Source of the DNA: Octopus sinensis
Taxonomy: Eukaryota
Length of the DNA stretch: 29,048 nt
Direction: 5' to 3'
Assembly: GCF_006345805.1 (NCBI RefSeq)
Contig: NW_021833171.1
Location: 1 to 29,048 of the forward strand
Shown here: piece by piece, positions 9,719 to 21,018 of the stretch
Layout of the letters: each line of letters opens with the position of its first letter
Position numbering within the stretch: the stretch's first letter is position 1
The notes under the pieces: generated by a model
What the model saw: the letters and a program-made list of their open reading frames with translations, nothing else
Told to the model about the DNA's origin: nothing
Databases searched by the model: none
Translations under genes and position numbers: made by a program

Positions 9719-9903
9719 AAGGCAGCGAGCTGGAAGACTAGTCAGCGGCATTTCGTCTCTACGTCCTGAATTCAAATTCTTCCGAGGTCCACTTTAGCTT
9801 TGATATTAAGTATCATTTGAGTACTGGGGTCGCTGTAATCGACTAGTCCCCCCCACCGCACAAAAAAATTTCAAGACTTATACCTATAGTTGAAAGGATT
9901 ATT
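9719..9903 (+). mobile_element. SINE family A, internally deleted (tail variant ...cctatagttgaaaggattatt)
   Basis: aaggcagcgagctgg...gaattcaaattcttccgaggtccacttt...ggggtcgctgtaatcgac. Confidence 0.8.
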
Positions 9904-10314
9904 TTGAAAAGGAAATTGAGGTTGGGAAAGGAAGTGGTCACTTGTAGATAATTTATCAAGAAATGGGTGACTGGTGAAAATGGCTAGAATGAATACACCT
10001 ACCCTACGCATGCGCCTGTGGATCGGGAAACAATAACTAGGCGAGGGCCAACCCCTCTGTTGATCAGGGTCAGTTTGGATCTGTTGGGGTTCGCTGAATG
10101 GCCCTTGTTAAAGGCCCACCTGCATCACAAGGATTGTATCAAGTATGTTATCATATTTTTCTCCGGTATTTTGCACAATTTTCCTTTTATTTCTCCTTGC
10201 TATCTTCTTCCTGTTCCTATTTTATATAATCCCCACCCCCGCCGCCCATAAACAAATTGTAACCTGTCTTTAACAAGTTCACTTCCTCCTACATCCAACG
10301 ACAAATAAAACATT

Positions 10315-10374
10315 CTCATCATCACCATCATCACCATCACCACCGTCATCATCATCATCATCATTATCACCATC

Positions 10375-10432
<58 letters not shown>

Positions 10433-10527
10433 CCATAATCATCACCATTTTTCCCTTTATAATTTCATGGAAAAGAAAAATATCTTCATCATCGTCGTCG
10501 TCGTCATCATCATTATCATCATTGTTA

Positions 10528-10564
<37 letters not shown>

Positions 10565-10791
10565 CATCATTATTAGTATTATTATCATTATTAATGTTGT
10601 TGTTGTTGTTGTTGTTTCTGTTGCTGTTCCTATTGCTGCTCTTATAAATCTTATTATTATTGTATTTATTGTCATCTTCATTACTTTTATTATCATTATC
10701 ATCGTCATCATCCTCATAATCATCATAATCATCATTGCTATTATCTTATCATTGTTATTACTATTATTACTATTATTATTAGTAGTAGTAG

Positions 10792-10873
<82 letters not shown>

Positions 10874-10905
10874 TATTATTTTATTATTATTATTTTATTT
10901 TGTTA

Positions 10906-10960
<55 letters not shown>

Positions 10961-11025
10961 CATTACTATTATTATTTTTGTTATTATTATTATTATTATT
11001 ATATTATTTTATTATTATTGTCATA
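10315..11025. repeat. about 700-bp (CAT)n to (ATT)n compound trinucleotide array
   Basis: Directly visible. Confidence 0.95.
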
Positions 11026-11274
11026 CAGTTTTATAAACACAAATAACTCTCAACCAGTTATTAATGTTGAAATATGTTGTTGTTTTTGTTATTATTATTA
11101 TTATTGTTTTAGTTGGGATTTTTTCTTAATTTTGAATAGTTTTCAGCACTTTTTTCGTGTATTCTTTCATATCATCAATATTTAGTGAAAGATATCGATT
11201 TCCAATATCTATTTCTGGAATAAGACTGGTGAAAAATCGATATTTTCAATATCGTTTTCGTAGCATTTACAAAA

Positions 11275-11568
11275 ATAATAATAATAATAATAATAATAAT
11301 GATAATAATGAGGAGGAGGAGGAGGAGGAGATGTGAGGAGGAGAGAAAGAAGAAGAAGACAAAGAAGAAGAAGGAGGAGGAGGAGGGGAGGAAGAAGAAG
11401 AACACAACAACAACAACAACAACAACAACAAGACCACGACTAAGAACAATAGCCCCAACAAAAACAACGATGAAAATAAGGACAGTAACACTACTACTAA
11501 TATTACTACTACTAATAATAATAATAACAACTATAACAACAGCAATAATAATAATAATAATAATAATA

Positions 11569-11625
<57 letters not shown>

Positions 11626-11720
11626 GTTACCCAGAACATACCTGTTAACCTTGAACACTTTTGTGTATATTTTCCAAGATATGACTGATTCTGTTTTCAT
11701 CAAAGGATGTTCTTTTATTT

Positions 11721-11770
<50 letters not shown>

Positions 11771-11790
11771 TAATAATAATGATAATAATG
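11275..11790. repeat. compound (AAT)/(GAG)/(AAG)/(AAC)/(ATT) array with a short unique spacer
   Basis: Directly visible. Confidence 0.9.
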
Positions 11791-11939
11791 ATAAATAGCG
11801 TCTGGTCGCATCATTTTCAGTAACATCTTTAGCTCACACTAGACTGAAAACGGATGTCATCAGGAGATAATCGCCCATTAATACAAACATGCAGACAGAC
11901 ACACAGATTCAAACACAACTATAACTCCGAGTTATATAC

Positions 11940-11970
<31 letters not shown>

Positions 11971-12012
11971 TGTATGTATGTATGTATGTATGTATGTATG
12001 TATGTATAGACT

Positions 12013-12100
<88 letters not shown>
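11940..12100. repeat. (GTAT)n followed by (GATA)n
   Basis: Directly visible. Confidence 0.97.
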
Positions 12101-12122
12101 TGCATATATATATGTTGTGAGT

Positions 12123-12184
12123 TCGCATGGCTTAATGGCTAGGGTGTTGCGCTCACGATCTACGACCGTGATTTCAATTCCTAG
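12123..12184 (+). mobile_element. SINE family B tRNA-like head fragment
   Basis: catggcttaatggctagggtg...gctcacgatc...gtgatttcaattcc is homologous to the heads at 3237 and 28253. Confidence 0.6.
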
Positions 12185-12216
12185 AAGGTGGAGGTGCTGC
12201 TGTTAATGGTGATGAT

Positions 12217-12447
12217 AGTGTTACTCATTATAGTAAGTGAATGTAGTATGCTGACATAGAAAGGATATACAAGGCATGACAACCTAGAGAGAGTAATCCA
12301 CTGGGAGCTTTATAGAATGGCAGGATTTGAACATACCGATAAATGGTAAGAACAGGAGCCCAGTAAAGGACTAGAAAGAAATACGAGATGTTGTGGGATG
12401 TTAATATTCAGACTGACAGGGTAACAGAAGCTAGAAGGACATTAGTG
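12217..12447 (+). mobile_element. R4/Dong-type LINE fragment (end of the CCHC knuckle, RHD and WD motifs)
   Basis: SVTH/IVSECSMLT*KGYTRHDNLERVIHWELYRMAGFEHTDKW*EQEPSKGLERN/EMLWDVNIQTDRVTEARR matches the H..S.C..LA...Y..RHD......HW.L...W.EH.P...LEN....LWD..IQTD..I.ARRPD pattern. Confidence 0.85.
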
Positions 12448-12448
12448 A

Positions 12449-12482
<34 letters not shown>

Positions 12483-12635
12483 GGTGGTGGTGGTGGTGGT
12501 GGTGGTGGTAGTAGTGGTGGTGGTGGTGTGGTGGTGGTAATGATGATGACGACGACGATGCTGATGACGATGATGATGATAACGAAGACGTTGGTGGTGG
12601 TGATGATGATCATGATGATCATGATGACGACGACG
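12448..12635. repeat. (GAT)/(GGT)/(GAC) compound array
   Basis: Directly visible. Confidence 0.95.
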
Positions 12636-12637
12636 TG

Positions 12638-13043
12638 GAAAAGAAAGGAAGAGTTCTGAAAAACGATCCATTGATTCTCTTGATGGAATTTCCTACATAA
12701 GCCGAAAGAAAAACCAGACTTTAACAAACCGGAAATCGTAGTCGTTGATAAGAAGAATTCTTCACTTGGAATGAATCAATGGAGCATCGTCATTTGGTTC
12801 TGGAATCAAAGAAAAAATGGAAAGAGACTCAAAATACGTAATTATCATAAAAATTCTCGATTGTTGGAAGAAAGAAATAAAGAAGATCATGATACAACCA
12901 ATTCTGATGGTGGCAGACTTGGGAATTGTGACGAAGAATTTCATTGCAAAACCTTGGAAAGCTAAATCTTAATCCGAGAGTGAGTCACGTGGAGATTAAC
13001 CGTTTTCTTGGCTCAGCGAGAATTATCTGGAAAGTACAAGGTA
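12638..13043 (+). mobile_element. R4/Dong-type LINE 3' fragment (restriction-like endonuclease), decayed
   Basis: Frame-shifted translation GRVLKND...EFPT*AERK/DFNKPEIVVVDKKN/...SKY...WKKEIKKIMIQPILMVADLGIVTKNF/LGKLNLNPRVSHVEINRFLGSARIIWKV. The PD catalytic motif is decayed to PE. Confidence 0.8.
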
Positions 13044-13054
13044 AAGAGAGCGAC

Positions 13055-13302
13055 GGCCATGATGGTGATGATGTTTCTGATGATGATGATGACAGTGTTA
13101 TTGTTGATGATGATGATGATGATGATGATGATGACGATGGCAATGGCGATGATGGTTGTGGCAAAGATGATCATGGTGATGATGATGATGATGACGATGA
13201 TGAGGATGGAGACGGCGACGACGACGATGATGAAGATGGAGATGATGGAGATGATAATGATGATGAACTTTATGATGATAGTAGTGATAATGGTGATAAT
13301 AA
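13055..13302. repeat. (GAT)n-rich array
   Basis: Directly visible. Confidence 0.95.
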
Positions 13303-13306
13303 TGAT

Positions 13307-13472
13307 CCTTGCTATTATAGGCACAAGGCCTGAAATGGCGGTGGTGGGGGGGCGGAATAGTCGATAACATCGATCCCAGTACTCAACTGGTACTTAATTT
13401 TCCAACCCCGAAAGGATGAAAGTTAAAGTCGACCTCGCAATTTGAACTCAGAACGTAGCGACAGACGAAATA
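13307..13472 (-). mobile_element. SINE family A
   Basis: ggcacaaggcctgaaat...cccagtactcaactggtac...ccccgaaaggatgaaag..aaagtcgacctc..aatttgaactcagaacgta. Confidence 0.85.
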
Positions 13473-13789
13473 ATGGTGGTAATGATGATGATGATGATGA
13501 TGACGTGTTGCTACCACCACAAATGTTGCAGCTGCTCTCCCTCCTTTCACGGGTGTAAGAGTATGTATGCTTCTGTATAGGCTTATGTTTGCACGCACGC
13601 AAACACATACACACACATACACGCTCACATATAGATGGATAGATAGATGCATACATACGTATATATTTATATTCATGTGTGTGGGTGTGCATGTTCGTAT
13701 GTATGTACCTGTGTGTATTGGTAGTGTTTGATCATATGATTTTGTTTCCCACGTGATAGAAGCACGAGGCATATACGTATTTTCTTGAA

Positions 13790-14390
13790 GGTGACTTTTC
13801 GTCACGTCTTTCTATGCAGTTACCGCGTGGATAGCTTACTTCTATTGCATTTGCGTTTGAAGTGAAAATGGAACAAAACGAGGTGAGTGCTCTTTTATTT
13901 CTAGGAAAGAGAACTCGAGTACAAACATCAAAAAGAGTTATCTGCAGCTTATGAAGATGGCACCATTACTGGAAAGAGTGAAAGGACAGTTCGTAACAAG
14001 TTCACTAGGTTTTGGAGTGAACATTTTTTTTGGTCGGTCGGAGCTATACTACAAGACACACGCCTAAGGTGTTATTTTTTGGGGGGAAGTTTTTTCTGGA
14101 AATCTATGAGGTTTCGACAGGACAAGAGGTATTCATGATGACTTAATCGATACACAAATCATAAGAAAACCAGGTCACATGACGTGAGACATGGTAGAGA
14201 TATCCCAGATATTTTATATGAGCGTTTTAAGGCATTTTAAAACACTTGGATGCGTAAATAACTATCATGTTTGGGTGTCTCATAAATTAACTTGAAAAGA
14301 TTTAATGGACTGCATTTCTGTCTGCGATTCTCTACTCAAACGCAAGAACAGCGACCCAATTTTGAAAAAAAAAAACAAGAATAATCACAG
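13790..14390 (+). pseudogene. mariner transposase N-terminal part (HTH region to IITG), decayed
   Basis: ATG at 13868. Pieces MEQNE, AAYEDGTI..KSERTVRN, HDDLIDTQI, KTLGCVNNYHVWVSHKL (the WVPHEL motif) and DCISVCDSLLKRKNSDPILK..IIT are colinear with mariner transposases. Confidence 0.8.
14028..14071 (-). mobile_element. SINE family C fragment inside the mariner
   Basis: tttggtcggtcggagctatactacaagacacacgcctaaggtg matches 17381-17430. Confidence 0.7.
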
Positions 14391-14391
14391 C

Positions 14392-14915
14392 GCCCCTACA
14401 CAACGTGGATTGACTCGGTGAAAGAGATGAGCTTCTGGGAGAGGTTACAAGAACTGAAGCACTACTCCCTGGAGAGAAAGTTGGAAAGGTATGCAGTGAT
14501 ATACATATGGAAGATCCTGGAGGGTCCAGCTCTCAACTTTCGAATGAAAAGCTATACCAACCACCGAACTGGATGGCACTACGTAATACCGCCTTCTTCA
14601 TCTCAGATAAGGATCCAGTATTGTAACAGCTTGGTTTTCAAGGGACCACAAGTGTTCAACGTCCTGTCAAGGAACCTAAGAGGTCTGCAAAGTGTAGATA
14701 TGGAAACGTTCAAAAAGCACCTGGACAAAAAAAATCTACCTGAAATCCCAGATGAGCCCACATCACCGCAGGAGTCACAAAGAAGAACAGCTTCGTCCAT
14801 CTCGCTTCTTCACCAAAAACAGTACCAAAAGGAGACCCTTAAACATTGAAAGGTGGTTTTTCTAGCATGGCCCCAGGCTTTGACTGAAACCAGTAAGTAA
14901 AAGAAAAGAAAAAGG
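14392..14915 (+). mobile_element. CR1/L2-group LINE, 5'-truncated 3' end (ORF2 C-terminus, 3' tail, A-rich end)
   Basis: ORF 14418-14849 reads SFWERLQELKHYSLERKLERYAVIYIWKILEG...NSLVFKGPQVFNVLSRNLR...FKKHLD..LPEIPDEP. This is the standard YWERL..L.LYSLERRRERY..IY.WK / GP.LFN.LP / FK..LD..L..IPD.P thumb region. Confidence 0.85.
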
Positions 14916-14929
14916 AAAGGTAATATAAA

Positions 14930-15429
14930 TACTGAATTGTCTACAAAAATGTGAAGCTAAAACGAAATTCACTACCTTTAATTTCTATAAAAGCCTGTCA
15001 GTAGCCGAAGAAGGCATTAGCCTGCATCTTGTGGAGTCGGAAGAGAACTGAGTATGTTTCCGAATTAGACTGGTTAAAAGAGGCAATCTATGGAAAGCAC
15101 CTAGAACTGGCGAATTGGAAGTGTGTCCTCTTCCTTTAGGATGTTAGGCCCCATGCTTCCTTGTAGATCTTGCTGACATTGATACAGCTCGGCTGGGTTG
15201 TCCTACTCTCCGATGACACGAACCATATTCACTTGATCTTGTAATTTCATTTCGATCCCTGCAAAATCCTCGGAATGGAAAGAAATCCAGTTCTTTGAAG
15301 GGCAGTTAGAACCACTTAGACCAGTTCATGACCAAGAAACATACACAGCTTCAGGGGGAAGGGTTCATGACACAAGGGCAAAGATAGCGAAAGGCAGTGG
15401 TACAAAATGGGACAGATGTGTCTGAATAA
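14930..15429 (+). pseudogene. mariner transposase catalytic/C-terminal part, copy 1
   Basis: IVYKNVKLKR...*PKKALACILW...ELDWLKEAIYGKHLELANWKCVLFL*DVRPHASL*..LIQLGWVVL/PYSLDL..FRSLQN..NGKK...NHLDQF...QR*RKAVVQNGTDVSE*, including the decayed DNARPH and YSPDL motifs. Confidence 0.8.
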
Positions 15430-15435
15430 AGGAAA

Positions 15436-15877
15436 TTAGACTGATTAAAGGAGGCAATCTATGGAAAACTCCCAGAATTGGTCAATTTTAAGTGTTCTCT
15501 TCCTTCGGGGTAACGTCAAACCTCATGCTTCCTTGTAGATCAGCCAGAAATTGCTACAGCTTGGCTGAGATGTCCTACCACCCTCACTGAATTGACTTGA
15601 TCTTGCACATACGAGCATGCACACCTACACACATTTATCCCGATCCCTACAAAAATCATGGTAACGGGAAGAAACCCAATTCTTTGTAAGTCTATAAAAA
15701 CCACTGAGACCAGTTCGTAACCCAGAAACAGCAACTTTTTCGAGAATTCTTCAAAGATGGAAGAAGTCAGTGGAACAGAGCAGGATCTACGTGCTTGAAT
15801 AAAATTATGCACACATATCTAAATATTGTGTTTGAATTTCACTTAAAGTTCGGTGCGAACTTTTGTTCCAACACAAC
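15436..15877 (+). pseudogene. second tandem copy of the mariner C-terminus plus a degenerate right TIR
   Basis: Homologous to 15061-15435 (period about 372 bp). Reads NVKPHASL*ISQKLLQLG*DVLP...QRWKKSVEQSRIYVLE*, then gaacttttgttccaacacaac. Confidence 0.8.
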
Positions 15878-16494
15878 CTGTGTGTGTGTTTGTGTGTGTG
15901 CGTACGTGACATTGTGTGTGTGTGCGTGAGAATGTGGGTGAGTCTGCACGCGCGTGAGTTCATATGTATGTGTGTCTGTGTGAGCGTGCATGTGTGTGAG
16001 TGTTATGTGTATATATGTGTGTGTGTGTGTGTGTACATGAAAGTACATATAGTTATGAGAATATAATACTGTAATATGTATAAATACGGATATAATTGGA
16101 AATTCGATGGAATTCTAAAACAAAAAAAATTATCTGAGAAGAAACTAGAAATCCTATCGCCTAAAATATTGGTTGATGCGTTGCGCTATCTGGAAATAGC
16201 TACGAATCGAGGAATACATCGGCGGGGTCGGGGAGCAGAATTCGAAAATAACCACAACAAAGATAAGAACAGTCATAGCAATAAGAAGAAAGAAAAAATA
16301 ACGGGAGTTGTTATGATGATGAAATGATAGAAGGTGGAGAGGAAGAAGAAAGGAGAGGGCGGAGGATTATGAGAAATCAGTAAACCAGCTGAGCACGGGA
16401 ACAACATCTGTTGTGACTTGTAGAAATAAGGAAAAGAAAAACTCAGAGGAGAAACGAGAAACTGCTAGAAATAAATATTAACAATTATTTCTTT

Positions 16495-16596
16495 ATCATC
16501 ATCATCATCAGCATCATCAACATCATCATCATCATCATCATCATTATTATTATTATTATATTATTATTATTATTATTATCATTATTACTTAAATCA

Positions 16597-16630
<34 letters not shown>

Positions 16631-16653
16631 CATCATCATCATCATCATCATCA

Positions 16654-16688
<35 letters not shown>

Positions 16689-16746
16689 TTCATCATCACC
16701 ACCATCATCATCATCATCATCATCATCATTATTATTATTATTATTA

Positions 16747-16777
<31 letters not shown>

Positions 16778-16798
16778 ATCATCATCATCATCATTATT
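16495..16798. repeat. alternating (CAT)n/(TAT)n blocks
   Basis: Directly visible. Confidence 0.95.
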
Positions 16799-17228
16799 GA
16801 GGAAGCAGCGCACGCCATCAAAGTGACACGGCTAAGATATACGAAGCTCAGTTCACCCATCATGACTACCCGGCTGGTAAGGGTACACCAGGCACATGCA
16901 CCACAACCACATGTAAGTGGGACCCAGTTAGAATTTTCTCCAGGTCGAGCAGCCCATCATCCCGCCCAAATGAACCTTGAATAAGAGTTGTTTAAGGATG
17001 TTGAATGAAGCACCCATGTTTCGAGTGGTGAATAATCCAAACCCCAAAGAATTCCTTCTCCACTACTTCTGCTCGTGATCAGAGATGCACAATTCGTCAG
17101 CAATCAAAGGACATGCTCAACCCGTTACGGTCAAACAACTGACAAGCAAATCTGTGGTATTGAGCAGAATATTTGTTGTAGCTCATCTTTTATACCGAGA
17201 CAAAATGTGCACGATAACACTTCCAATT
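16799..17228. mobile_element. unclassified interspersed repeat (probable octopus retroelement-derived sequence)
   Basis: GC-balanced block sharply bounded by trinucleotide arrays. It resembles an abundant octopus repeat from recollection only, and there is no second copy in the window. Confidence 0.4.
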
Positions 17229-17340
17229 GGTTATTATTATTATCATTATTGTTGTTGTTGTTGCTGTTGTTGTTGTTGTTGTTAAGCAACATGACGGGTA
17301 AGGGTGATTAGGAGGTGGTCTAGGGCTTATATATGTATGC

Positions 17341-17490
17341 GAACGACTACTTTCAGTTTTCTTCTACCAAATCCACTCAGAGGCTTTAGTCGGTCGGAGC
17401 TATATTAGAAGACACGCGCCTAAGGTGCCCTGCAGTGGGACTGTACTCTGAACCATGTGGCTGGGAACGAAATTTCTTACCATACAGAAA
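17341..17490 (-). mobile_element. SINE family C, 5' half, diverged
   Basis: ctaccaaatccactca..ggctttagtcgg...gcagtgggactg...gaaccatgtgg aligns with 8465-8613. Confidence 0.85.
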
Positions 17491-17639
17491 CGCTGTTGTA
17501 CGGTAAATTCTATTGAACTCATGACCATCTTCACTACATCTTTGAAACTCTCCTACCAGCGAAGTTAGTAAAATACATTTTATATTCGGAAATATCGCCA
17601 TTTTGTTTTCCTGCGGTCATATGTATATTAGCATATGTT

Positions 17640-18620
17640 TTAGGTGTGTGTGTGTGTGTGTGCGCGTGATGTTTGTATATGTAGGCAAATGTGCGTGTTT
17701 TTGCCGCTGAATGTGTATCTGTGTTTTAGGTACATCTCTGTATATGTATATGTTTGTGTGCAATGTGTTTACCCATGTTTATGTAATTATTTGTGTGCGT
17801 ATCAACGTCCGTCTCAGTGTACATGCGCGTGTATGTGTGCATGTGTGTGTGGTGTATCTGTTTGCGTGTGGAGGTGTTCCTGTGTGCATATGTGCGTAAG
17901 TGTTTCTCTATATCTGCACAAGTTTATGTATATGCATGCGTACGAGTGCGTGTGTTTGTTTAAGGCTGTACGATTCTATACAAATGAGTGCTCATACATA
18001 CGTACATGTATGTACACATATTTAAGTGATTCGAGCGTATATTTCTAATGTCTTTCCGAATATGTCTATACGTTTACATATATTTTCTGTGTGTATTTGC
18101 ATACACTTCTGCATATCCCTTCGTGTGTACGAATACATGTGAAGGCCTGCATGTACATACGTCATTGTACGAGTGTGTATCCTTTATATATTTCTGTATA
18201 TATTGTATGGCTAATGAACATGTTTCATTCCATCAGTGTATAAACGTTTCTTTGTGTGTTAGCATACGTATGTATGTCTAAGTATACAAACACATACATA
18301 TATAATACATATACATACGAAGCGCGTGTGTCCGTAATTAAGTATGCGTATGTATGTACGCATATGTGGGTGTTTGTATGCACATGCACATGTGTGCTTG
18401 AGCTCGTTATCGTGTGTATACATCAGAATATCTATCAGATTTCGAGTATTACAATAAATTACTTAAAAACAAAATGGTGGCCATTAACATAGAAACAAAC
18501 GGTTGAGGTGGAAAGGGCGACAATGCAGAAAACGAAAAGGAATAAGAAAGAAAATAAAACGAAAATAAAGGAGAATTGTTAAAGAGAATAAATATATACA
18601 TATATATGTGTTTGTGTATG

Positions 18621-18692
<72 letters not shown>

Positions 18693-19060
18693 ATAATATA
18701 TATATATATATACATATATATATACATACATATACATACACAAACATAATATATCCAATATATATCCATATATATAATATCATAACAGCATGGATATATG
18801 TATTTAACGAAGCAAAGTAGGATATTGACTGAGATGTGATGAATTCGTTGTCTTTGTAAGATTGACACAAAATGTATTTGCTACATATTGATGAGCAAAT
18901 CGAGGATATTGTTGCGGCTACGAAGATTATAGACTCTATGTGTTGCATGTAGGCGTGTGGCTTTCTGCTGGTGCATCTCTATGTGTCTAGCTATATGTAT
19001 CTGTATGCGTCATCTATATGGAGGCATATGATATAATGCTATATTGCTTTTACCAGATTC

Positions 19061-19110
<50 letters not shown>

Positions 19111-19131
19111 TAGATAGATAGATAGATAGGG

Positions 19132-19183
<52 letters not shown>

Positions 19184-19283
19184 TATCAAAATAAGCAATA
19201 TACATATATAATTATATATATATACTTATTATATATATACATATATATGCATTTGTATATATTTATATATATATATATATATA

Positions 19284-19335
<52 letters not shown>

Positions 19336-19349
19336 TATATATATAATAC

Positions 19350-19380
<31 letters not shown>

Positions 19381-20734
19381 ATATGTTATATATATATGTA
19401 TATATGTATTTATATATCCATGCATATTCGTGCATATTTCATACGATTTATGTGTGTACGTGTTCAATGGCTTAGAAATTCCAGGTACAGGAAATATTTT
19501 GCAATATGGTAATTACACATGCACATAGGTGTATGCATTTCTCTGCGAGTGTGTGCGCGCTCGCGTATGTACGTCAGTATACGTCAGTGTCCGTCTGTGT
19601 ACGTTCGCGCGTGCATGATGTCGGTAGTGCGTATGAACTGATGTATAACTGCATGAAAAGGAACAAAATGGGTATTGAGAACATTCATTGACATGTATGC
19701 ACATACAGTGACATATACATGAACATAGATAGATAGATAGATAGATATTTATGTGTGTATATGTATATACATATATGCATATAACTACATATATATACTT
19801 ATATATACAAACATAAACGTATACATATACACATATGAATGCAAATATATGTGTATTTAATATATATATATATATATATAATATATATAATATATATATA
19901 TATATACATACATATATAATATATATGATTATATCACTGTATGTATACATGCTCACATGCATATATCTAATATGTGTGTGTGTGTGTATGTGTGAGTGTG
20001 TGCAAATATCCACATATGCTTATATGCACAAATGTTACATAATACGTATGGAATATAAGTATTACGTATATGTATATATATGAATATATATCAAATATAT
20101 ATATATATAAAGATAGATAGATGGGTGTGTGTGATTTATGTAATATGTATATGACGTATTATATATCTATATATTGCGTGTTTTTATATAATATGTAACA
20201 TATGCAATATGTATATATATGATCATTGTGTGTGTAGACAGACAAGAACACAAACACCCATATATATATATTTATGCGTAGATGTGTGTGTATTTCTCTC
20301 TACACACTGGAAATATAGAAATATATTAATCACTTTTATGTTTTTGTATGGTAAAACAAACGTAGGAATATTCTCGTCACTCTCCCCCTTCACCATTTCC
20401 ACAACCTTTACACGCAAACATCATCATCAGCAGCAGCAACAGCATCATGATCATCATCATCACCACTACCACCATCATCATCATCATCATAATGCGCCAT
20501 GTTTCTGACAGGGATCATAAAATATAACGCACATTGCGAGTTCATATTTTATCGTTTATGAGACAAGTGTGTATTTCTTTGAATGTATATCTTTATATAT
20601 ATATGTGTGCTGTGTGTGTATACATATATGTTCATACATATATATAATATATACATGTGCATGTGTATGTGTACGCATATACATATATTTTTATATATGT
20701 GCATGTGTGTGTGCACATATACATATATATATGT

Positions 20735-20795
<61 letters not shown>

Positions 20796-20980
20796 TATAT
20801 AATATATAATATATATATATACGTACATATATATTTACGTATGCAAATTTACATATATGCATTATGTGTGTTTCTGCACATATGTATTTAGAAATGTATG
20901 TTTTTATATTTGTATATACGTATCTGTACATATGTATTTATACATATATATATATGCATATATATATATATGTATGTATG

Positions 20981-21018
<38 letters not shown>

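Noticed and set aside
10020-10110. HDV-like ribozyme
   Set aside because: A P2-like pairing and a CUGAAU-like joiner exist, but no 6-7-bp P1 can be formed.
11642-11715. Minus-strand donor AG|GTATGT as an exon end
   Set aside because: No pyrimidine-rich acceptor and no recognisable peptide.
14418-14849. 143-aa ORF as a host gene
   Set aside because: It is the C-terminus of a 5'-truncated LINE ORF2, and the ATG is internal.
16076-16327. 83-aa ORF MYKYGYNWKF...
   Set aside because: No recognisable domain, it ends in low-complexity sequence, and it has no splice support.
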